64,000 nucleotides of DNA from Pyrinomonadaceae bacterium (lineage in GTDB: Bacteria > Acidobacteriota > Blastocatellia > Pyrinomonadales > Pyrinomonadaceae). Each line of letters begins with the position of its first letter. Positions within the stretch are counted from its first letter, which is position 1. Below, piece after piece: positions 27,916 to 36,254 of the stretch. The stretch is taken from contig DASXRU010000073.1 in assembly GCA_036506395.1 (NCBI GenBank), positions 2,960-66,959 of the forward strand. The letters are read 5' to 3'. Below the pieces are notes generated by a model. It was not told where the DNA came from. It did not search any database and worked only from the letters and a program-made list of their open reading frames with translations. A program made the translations under genes and the position numbers.

Positions 27916-28791
27916 ATGACGGGGATATGGAGCCTGGGCGGGCTTACCTTGAAAGAACTTGTCAGGCGTGTCTGGTCACAGATTAACGAACACGACGTAT
28001 TTGGCCGCGCCGCACAACTCTCGTATTACTTTCTGCTGTCGCTTTTCCCATTATTGCTCTTCTTGATGACCTTGCTGGGGTATTTTGCCGAGGCAGGCTC
28101 GCAATTACGCAGCAAACTGCTTAGCTACCTAAGCACAGTGATGCCCTGGTCTGCGCTTCAACTCGTCCAGACTACACTTGACGAAGTCAGCAAAGCACGC
28201 GGGGGCGGAAAACTTTCTTTTGGCATACTGGCGGCCCTCTGGGCGGCTTCCAACGGCATGGGCGCAATCAGCGAGACCCTGAATATTGCCTATGACGTCA
28301 AAGAGCGAAGGTCCTGGTGGAAAGTGCGGCTTGTATCAGTGGGATTAACCATTGCCCTCGCCGTATTAATTGTTTCAGCGCTCGTAATTGTGTTGTACGG
28401 GGGCAGGATTGCAGATTTGGTTGCCGCTGCCAGCGGGTTTACCCAGGTGTTTACAATTACGTGGAAGGTCCTGCAATGGCCAATTGCTCTCGCGTTTCTG
28501 TTCGCGGCGTTCGGCTTGATTTACTACTTCGCTCCCGACCTGCGCAATCCAAAGTGGCGATGGATAACACCTGGCGCCGTAGTCGCCATAATTCTATGGT
28601 TGCTGGTGTCGCTGGCTCTGCGCGCCTATCTGCATTTCTTCAACTCATACAGCGCCACCTACGGCTCACTCGGTGCCCTGATCATTCTCATGCTATGGTT
28701 TTATCTAACAGGTGCGGCAATTCTGATTGGTGGCGAAATCAACTCTGAGATTGAAAGCGCGGCTCGGGCTGCCGGTGAGCCAGTTTCATAG
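27916..28791 (+). CDS. YihY/BrkB-family membrane protein
   Basis: AAQLSYYFLLSLFPLLLFL plus six TM segments. ATG at 27916 preceded by GGGAGA. Confidence 0.8.
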   Translation: MTGIWSLGGLTLKELVRRVWSQINEHDVFGRAAQLSYYFLLSLFPLLLFLMTLLGYFAEAGSQLRSKLLSYLSTVMPWSALQLVQTTLDEVSKARGGGKLSFGILAALWAASNGMGAISETLNIAYDVKERRSWWKVRLVSVGLTIALAVLIVSALVIVLYGGRIADLVAAASGFTQVFTITWKVLQWPIALAFLFAAFGLIYYFAPDLRNPKWRWITPGAVVAIILWLLVSLALRAYLHFFNSYSATYGSLGALIILMLWFYLTGAAILIGGEINSEIESAARAAGEPVS

Positions 28792-28800
28792 GAGGGAGTC

Positions 28801-29985
28801 GTGTTCCAGTCCCGAATAATGTTTGCTCTGGTTCTAATTCTTGCGCTTTCTCCGGTTTCTCTGTGTCTCAAGCGTCCGGCAGCGGTAGTCCCTCCGCCGT
28901 CCGCTGTCGCCGACGCTTCAGAAGCACAGCCGCAGACCGCTCGGATAAGATCTAACCCTGACCAACTGTCGCTCACTGAAGCGCAGGCATCACACTTCGC
29001 ACAGCTCGCCTTGAAGTGCATCCGGAGAGAATATCCGAACAAACCTGAGCACGTAATTAACGCTCAGAGTGACGTGTTAAGTCCCCGGATCTTGCACCCC
29101 GCTTTTTATGGCTGTTATGACTGGCATTCATCAGTTCACGGGCACTGGATGCTGGTGCGCTTGTTGCGGCTGTTTCCCAGCTTGCCCGAAGCGCAAGAGA
29201 TTCGCGCCGGCCTGAACGCAAATCTCAGCGCCGAGAGCATTGCCGCGGAAGTGGCCTACCTCAAGCAGCCGAACCGGCAGTCGTTTGAACGGACGTATGG
29301 TTGGGCCTGGCTATTGAAGTTGGCTGAAGAGCTTCATTCGTGGAATGACACGGAGGGAAAAACGTGGTTCAGGAATTTGCAGCCGCTGGCGGACGCTCTC
29401 GTCAATCAGTACATCATTTTTATGCCCAAGCAGACGTATCCGATTCGCACGGGTGTCCATCCGAACACAGCGTTCGGTTTAGCCTTTGCGATGGATTACG
29501 CGCAAACGGTCGGCAATCAGAAACTGGAATCCTTGATCGCTGAGCGCAGCCGAACTTATTTTGGCAGGGATGCGAATTATCCGGCTTCCTGGGAGCCGGG
29601 TGGCGAAGACTTCTTTTCGCCGGCGCTGATGGAGGCGGATCTAATGCGGCGAGTGATGAATCCGGGCGCGTTTCGGCGCTGGTTCTATCGCTTTCTTCCT
29701 CAGCTTACCCGTAACCAGCCTGAAGCTTTACTGCAACCAGCAGTGGTAACCGATCGCACTGATCCGAAACTGGTCCATCTGGACGGTCTTAATCTTAGCC
29801 GCGCATGGTGCATGCGCAGCATCGCCGCGGCATTACCCCGAAATGATCCAGCGAGAAGAATTTTGGCTGAGTCGGCAAGATTGCATGCGCGAGACGCACT
29901 GGCTCATGTTGCCAGCGGGGATTATGCGGGCGAGCACTGGCTGGCATCCTTTGCAGTGTATATGCTCTCTACGCCCGCGCCGTAG
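28801..29985 (+). CDS. DUF2891-like protein (secreted)
   Basis: The segment HPAFYGCYDWHSSVHGHWMLVRLLR is characteristic of DUF2891 as I recall it. N-terminal signal-like segment. Confidence 0.65.
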   Translation: MFQSRIMFALVLILALSPVSLCLKRPAAVVPPPSAVADASEAQPQTARIRSNPDQLSLTEAQASHFAQLALKCIRREYPNKPEHVINAQSDVLSPRILHPAFYGCYDWHSSVHGHWMLVRLLRLFPSLPEAQEIRAGLNANLSAESIAAEVAYLKQPNRQSFERTYGWAWLLKLAEELHSWNDTEGKTWFRNLQPLADALVNQYIIFMPKQTYPIRTGVHPNTAFGLAFAMDYAQTVGNQKLESLIAERSRTYFGRDANYPASWEPGGEDFFSPALMEADLMRRVMNPGAFRRWFYRFLPQLTRNQPEALLQPAVVTDRTDPKLVHLDGLNLSRAWCMRSIAAALPRNDPARRILAESARLHARDALAHVASGDYAGEHWLASFAVYMLSTPAP

Positions 29986-30072
29986 GACAGACATTCCTGT
30001 CTGTCTGAACTATAAAAAGCAAAGGACAGGCTGGAAAGCCTGTCCTACGTAGACAGACATTCCTGTCTGTCC
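29982..30072. repeat. Triple hairpin cluster: two GACAGACA-TTCC-TGTCTGTC hairpins flanking a GGACAGGCT-GGAA-AGCCTGTCC hairpin. Likely bidirectional terminator.
   Basis: Hairpins at 29986-30006, 30024-30045 and 30051-30072. A T-run follows the last hairpin on the plus strand, and a T-run follows the middle hairpin on the minus strand. The cluster sits between convergent DUF2891 and infA. Confidence 0.6.
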
Positions 30073-30108
30073 TTTTATCTTTTGGCGGCACTTATGCTCA
30101 GCACCGAA

Positions 30109-30330
30109 CTATTTGTAGCGATAAGTAATACGGCCTCGACTCAAATCGTATGGCGACATTTCGACGCTGACGCGATCCCCCACCAGAATCCGTATGCGAT
30201 TCTTGCGCATTTTCCCGGAGATTGCCGCCAGTACGACGTGCTCCGTATTATCCAACTGGACTTTGAAAAATGCGTTGGGTTGCTTATCGATTATCGTGCC
30301 CTCTGCGGGAATCAAATCGTCTCTTGCCAA
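30109..30330 (-). CDS. infA: Translation initiation factor IF-1
   Basis: 73 aa. The sequence [63 protein letters not shown] is near-canonical IF-1. Confidence 0.95.
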   Translation of the reverse strand: MARDDLIPAEGTIIDKQPNAFFKVQLDNTEHVVLAAISGKMRKNRIRILVGDRVSVEMSPYDLSRGRITYRYK

Positions 30331-30425
30331 TTAGTTTCTCCTTGTTAGTCTGGTTTCAGGCCTCAGGTTGCAGTTCACGTTACCGCGACCTGAACCTGAA
30401 GCTTTAAACTCGAACCTGAAACTCG

Positions 30426-31679
<1,254 letters not shown>

Positions 31680-31817
31680 AAACTCCTTAATTGCGCGACA
31701 GTCGTTGCTTCGATGGTCGCATTGTTTTTTGAGACTCTTTGCCCTCTGTGCCTCTGTGGTAATTGCCTTTGTTGAAGGATCACCACAGAGGACACTCGAG
31801 GACTCAAAGAGAGATGC

Positions 31818-32204
31818 TTACCACCTGGGTTCGCGATTGCCGCTGTAGCCGCCGCCACCGCCGCCGCTGCGATTACCACCGTAACCGCCGCCGCCACCGC
31901 GACCGCCACCACCGCCACCAAAACCACCCCGACCGCCGCCACCACCAGCGCGATTTTCGCGCGGCTTGGCTTCGTTAACGGTCAGACTGCGTCCATTGAC
32001 CTCTTTGCCATTGAACTGTTCGATAGCCTTTGCAGCCTCTTCCTGGCTGGACATTTCGACGAAGCCGAAGCCACGTGAACGCCCAGTGTCGCGGTCTTCC
32101 ACGACGCTCGCCGATTCGACCGTGCCGGCGGCTGCAAAAAGTTCTTGCAGATCCTGGCTGGAGGTCGTAAACGCGAGATTTCCTACGTAAAGTTTGTTTG
32201 TCAT
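31818..32204 (-). CDS. RRM-type RNA-binding protein with Gly-rich tail
   Basis: RNP2 KLYVGNL, RNP1 RGFGFVEM, and a C-terminal GGGGRGG repeat tail. Confidence 0.9.
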   Translation of the reverse strand: MTNKLYVGNLAFTTSSQDLQELFAAAGTVESASVVEDRDTGRSRGFGFVEMSSQEEAAKAIEQFNGKEVNGRSLTVNEAKPRENRAGGGGGRGGFGGGGGGRGGGGGYGGNRSGGGGGGYSGNREPRW

Positions 32205-32551
32205 ATACAGATGTACCTTTCCCCACGGGGGGACTGAAAAGAAGCTGCGAATCGGATTGGCTTCGGTCGAACGGTAGGAGCGAAGGGCCGGGTTTCGGAT
32301 GCTCTAAGTGAGCGGCTTCTGAAGTTGAAAACTAGCCTGCTCTCGAACTATCCAAAACGCCAGCACTTACTTTTCTGCGCTGGGCGCATCACCGTCGATG
32401 CGCGAGAGAAGGATTAACCGCGGCTATGATGCACTATTAACTCGCTTAGTTGCAAGGTGGAATGGACCAATAAGTGTCAAGTGATGAGTAACCAGTGCTA
32501 AAGAACGACTTAAGAGCGGCCTACGAAGGGCTACGAGGCCCTTGGCGGGCT

Positions 32552-33013
32552 TCAGGCAACCTCAGGCGCAAGCGGCAATAAGAAGTCCAGCAAGTGCTCC
32601 AATTGTTCATAGTCGCCCAGTCTGGTGACATATTCATTGCGGCGAACACCCACTTCCATCATCGGATAAGGGTCAACCGTATCCTCATGAGTGACGATCA
32701 CAACCGGCAAGACCCCCAACTGTGCTTGCTTGACGATCTGACGCGCAGCCACCAATCCATACAACAGCGGCACATCCAGATCGACCATAACCAAATCCGG
32801 GTGTGCGTACCGGGCGCGCCTTACCGCATCCTGTCCGTTATCGGTGTCAATCAGACGATAGCCGTTCAGTACCAGCACCTGCCTTAACTCTCGGCGCACT
32901 TCCTCCTGGTCCTCAATCAAGAGCACAAGGGGATTACCGGTATTAGATAGTCGGCGCGCCGTTCGGTATTGAGTAAAGTCTTGCATAGTGGCGGTCTCTG
33001 GATTGGCAGACAT
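32552..33013 (-). CDS. Single-domain response regulator (receiver only)
   Basis: LVLLIEDQEEVRREL...PDLVMVDLDVP...VIVTHE receiver pattern. No output domain. Confidence 0.75.
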   Translation of the reverse strand: MSANPETATMQDFTQYRTARRLSNTGNPLVLLIEDQEEVRRELRQVLVLNGYRLIDTDNGQDAVRRARYAHPDLVMVDLDVPLLYGLVAARQIVKQAQLGVLPVVIVTHEDTVDPYPMMEVGVRRNEYVTRLGDYEQLEHLLDFLLPLAPEVA

Positions 33014-33371
33014 GATGTGGACCTCTTAAGTACTGACCGCAGCGCGTGAAGCGCGAATATTGGTTCAAGGGCGAAGCGAAAAGAGCAGGAGACTAAGCCA
33101 CGGGCCTTTTTGATCCTTTGTCCAACGCAGGTCCGTATTACTTCCGTCGTACCCTTTGACCTACAGTATGGCGAATGTAATAGATTGCTTAGCCAGGGTT
33201 TAGTTCCTGGCGTACTTCGCAACCAGCTGTCCTAAATTAGGGAAGGGAAAGCAATGATAAGGCCTATCTAAGCCGGCCGTCTGTGCGGTAACACACACAA
33301 CTGGAATCCACGCTTCGGAACGCCGGCATGATTAGGTGATAAGGGACAAATTGCGAATTGTGATCACGGCT

Positions 33372-33405
33372 CTAAAAACAAGAAGGCGGCCGGGATGGCC
33401 GCCTT
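33372..33405 (-). terminator. Rho-independent terminator after the BlaR1-like gene
   Basis: Stem AAGGCGGCC/GGCCGCCTT (33383-33405), followed on the minus strand by TTCTTGTTTTT. Confidence 0.55.
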
Positions 33406-33447
33406 TTGTTCCCAATGGCAGTTACCTACCGCTTACTGAGCTGTTTC

Positions 33448-35697
33448 TCAACGGTCTTCATTTTCAGTCTTAATAATGTGGCCGTCGGTGGCGCTTATCC
33501 AGACGTATCTGGTTGTGCTCTTTTCGCCTTCGGCGTTGATTATGACGAGATGATAAAACACCTGTCCATCCTGCTCGCGGCCCAGACTGCATGCCAGGAC
33601 TTTGCCGGGATACTGGCTGGTGGCAATCTGGATCGCTCGATCCATTGAGATTGTGGCGCCCCTGGTCATTTCGACTTGCTTGCGGGCCCGCTCTTCTCGG
33701 CCACTTTCCACACGGTCCTTGCGCATGCGCATTTCAAAAACTTTGTCTTTGAGCTTGGCGTCCTCGTCGGCCTTCTCCCTCTCCTTATCCTGTTTCTCAC
33801 GTTCACGCTCTTTCAGTTTGTTCTTCTGCCCGTCATTTACGCTGAAATGCATTTCCACAGTGATACGTTTGGAAATGGGTTGACCATCCTTCATGTATGG
33901 CCGAAATCGCGATTGGCGAAGTGCCTCGACTGCATTTGCGTCGAGCGAGGGGAAGAGAGGCTTCGTTACTTGTATGTCCTGAGGCAACCCGTTTGGATCG
34001 ATGGTCGCCGATAATATCACCGTCCCTTCAATCTTTTTGTCGCGAGCGTCTTCCGAATACTTCGGCTCGACGTGATGGATCATCATGCCTCTTTCGTCGT
34101 TCTGGTACAGCTTCTCCATCAGCGCCATTTGGGCCTGCGCCTCTCGCAGTCGCGCCTCGTTCTCTGGCCGGTTCTTTTCCATTTGCGCGATGGCTTCCTG
34201 AACTTCTCGCATCCGGTCCTTTGGGTACAGCTTTTCCATTTCGGCGATCTTCTGCTTTGCTTCCCGCATCCGCGCTTCGTCGCCGGGATATTGAGCTTCG
34301 ATCTCAGCCAGCTTTTCCTGTATTTCCTGACGGACCCTCTCCCGGTCTTGGCCGGATTGTTGCGCTTCTTCCTCCCTAAGTTTCACTGCCGCTTCCTGTA
34401 ATTCCCGCTCCATCCGATGCAAGGCTTCGAGTTCTGGGCCCTGAAGGTTGGGATTTTTCCGTAATTGCTCCTTCAACTCACGTTCCTGGCGTTTCAACTC
34501 TTCACGGGCTCTCTGTAACTCTTGCCTGGTCTCCCGTCTATTGTCCTGCTGTTGGATTATGACCGGTTCTGGCCCGTTGATATCGAAACGGATCGCAAAC
34601 GACGCGGCCGCGACGCATGGGGTTATCAGAAGTAATGAAGCTGTAATCAGCAACAACGTCCTTCGGCGCGTGCTGAGCTTTGGTTTTGCAAGCAATGACA
34701 TAATACGTATCTCCAAAATGTCGGCATCTGTGATGCCTATGGTTGTATCTGCGTCCAGGCGACCTGCGAGCGGCGCCCAGCCAATCAATCTCACCAGCGA
34801 ACGAGCATAGACGTCCGGCCTCAGCAGTTTTTTTGCGACCAGGTCATCACAGCAAAGCTCTCGCGTTTGCCGGATGCGACGCCACAACAAGGCAGCCCCC
34901 GGATGAAACGACAGCGGCAGGTAGATGAGTTCATAGAGCAGATTAAGGATGTAGTCGCGCCGCGCGACGTGTACGAGTTCATGGCCTATCGCTGACGACA
35001 ATACGTCTTTGTCAGCTTCGCGCAATAACCGCTCCGGCAGAATGATGACGTGATGGAAGACCCCGGCGGTAATCGGCACCGGCACGGCCGTCGAGCAAAC
35101 AATTCGAACGGCGGCGCAGCCGATGGCAGCCTGGCACTCAGCGATTATCTTTTGGATGCGGTCAGGGAATGAAACTGAATAAGCGCCGCGTATGATGGTC
35201 CTGGTTCGGCGCCAGGCCCGGAGCAACTTAACGCTACGGTAAGATAGAGACATTGCGTAGAGCCCGACCAGCACCGTTGCCAAGGTGCTATTCAGGCGAA
35301 CGGGAGATATCCAAACGCCTCTCTGAAAGATAGAAGGGCTTTGGCGCGCGGTTTTAGCCGTGGGCTGTGACGGCGCAACTCTGGAGGGTGACGCTGACTT
35401 TTCTGTGGGTTCTGCCGCCTCCGATTGTACGGAAGTGATCGGAGCGATATTAATTGGCGCGGCCGCAATCGGTGTTGGCTCCGGAGCCGAACCTTGAAGC
35501 GACTTCACCAGAAGTAAACAACTCGCCAGCGGCAAACCAAGCGATAAGACCAGGGCGGCCACCCAGACTGCGTGTCGTTGCCAGGGGGCTGTCGGGCGAA
35601 GCAACCAGGCACAAACGACGGCGACTGCGGTGATAACAGCGATCTGCCACGCAGCATTCAACAAAAACGTCACCAGTAGTTGAGCTACTGTTCTCAT
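33448..35697 (-). CDS. BlaR1-type M56 metallopeptidase fused to a long coiled coil, a TonB C-terminal domain and a PepSY domain
   Basis: HELVH zinc motif at aa 239-243, with TM segments. Glu/Arg-rich coiled coil at aa ~385-537. TonB_C-like segment PKYSEDARDKKIEGTVILSATIDPNGLPQDIQV. PepSY-like segment ISMDRAIQIATSQYPGKVL...YVWISATDGHII. Confidence 0.8.
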   Translation of the reverse strand: MRTVAQLLVTFLLNAAWQIAVITAVAVVCAWLLRPTAPWQRHAVWVAALVLSLGLPLASCLLLVKSLQGSAPEPTPIAAAPINIAPITSVQSEAAEPTEKSASPSRVAPSQPTAKTARQSPSIFQRGVWISPVRLNSTLATVLVGLYAMSLSYRSVKLLRAWRRTRTIIRGAYSVSFPDRIQKIIAECQAAIGCAAVRIVCSTAVPVPITAGVFHHVIILPERLLREADKDVLSSAIGHELVHVARRDYILNLLYELIYLPLSFHPGAALLWRRIRQTRELCCDDLVAKKLLRPDVYARSLVRLIGWAPLAGRLDADTTIGITDADILEIRIMSLLAKPKLSTRRRTLLLITASLLLITPCVAAASFAIRFDINGPEPVIIQQQDNRRETRQELQRAREELKRQERELKEQLRKNPNLQGPELEALHRMERELQEAAVKLREEEAQQSGQDRERVRQEIQEKLAEIEAQYPGDEARMREAKQKIAEMEKLYPKDRMREVQEAIAQMEKNRPENEARLREAQAQMALMEKLYQNDERGMMIHHVEPKYSEDARDKKIEGTVILSATIDPNGLPQDIQVTKPLFPSLDANAVEALRQSRFRPYMKDGQPISKRITVEMHFSVNDGQKNKLKEREREKQDKEREKADEDAKLKDKVFEMRMRKDRVESGREERARKQVEMTRGATISMDRAIQIATSQYPGKVLACSLGREQDGQVFYHLVIINAEGEKSTTRYVWISATDGHIIKTENEDR

Positions 35698-36077
35698 TTC
35701 TTTTCTTCGCGGGTTTCTTCCAGAAGTTTATGCAGGCGCGCCAACTTCTGTGGCGTCAGATGCTTTGTTTCCACCAGGCTCATGACGAGACTTTCGGCTG
35801 AGCCGCCGAATAACCGATCGACAATGTCGCCCATGTGCTGACCGACCGCCTGGCTGCGGCTGACCGCCGGCTTATAAAAATAAGCGCGCTCCTTCAGCGT
35901 CCGTTTCACCTTGCCCTTGCGCTGCAGGATGTTGAGCATCGTCTGCACGGTGGTATAGGCCAGCTCCCGTTCCAAATGCTGCTGCACGGTCTGCACGTTG
36001 GCCGGCCCGGTTTCCCAAAGGACGTGCATAATCTCCAGCTCCAGCGGCGTCAGGTGCTCAGTTTTTCGTCGCGCCAT
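35694..36077 (-). CDS. BlaI/MecI/CopY-family transcriptional repressor
   Basis: LTPLELEIMHVLWETGPANVQTVQQHLERELAYTTVQTMLNILQRKGKV. ATG at 36077 with an AGGAG 9 nt upstream. 4-nt overlap with the M56 gene. Confidence 0.85.
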   Translation of the reverse strand: MARRKTEHLTPLELEIMHVLWETGPANVQTVQQHLERELAYTTVQTMLNILQRKGKVKRTLKERAYFYKPAVSRSQAVGQHMGDIVDRLFGGSAESLVMSLVETKHLTPQKLARLHKLLEETREEKK

Positions 36078-36087
36078 CGGTTCCAAC

Positions 36088-36132
36088 TCCTAAGAGTTTA
36101 GGACTATAAACGCGAACCGTAATTGTTGTCAA
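36088..36132 (-). promoter_or_regulatory. Sigma-70-like promoter (TTGACA-N18-TATAGT) plus palindrome TCCTAAACTCTTAGGA upstream of blaI
   Basis: Minus-strand -35 at 36127-36132 and -10 at 36103-36108. The 6-4-6 palindrome at 36088-36103 spans the predicted transcription start through the Shine-Dalgarno sequence. Confidence 0.4.
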
Positions 36133-36159
36133 CTAATTTTTTAGGAGATGAAGAACCGG

Positions 36160-36254
36160 GGCAGAAGCCCGAGCATTAGCGAGGGCTCCGCAACTTTGTT
36201 AAGAGGCGGTTAGGGAAAGGAAAGAGAGCCCTCCCTTACGGTCGGGCTTCTGCC
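36160..36254. repeat. Inverted pair of GGCAGAAGCCCGA...GAGGGCTC elements forming a ~95-nt hairpin directly after the TBDR stop codon
   Basis: The left arm (36160-36188) and right arm (36226-36254) are reverse complements at both ends (GGCAGAAGCCCGA and GAGGGCTC). A related copy lies at 41322-41350. Confidence 0.55.
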
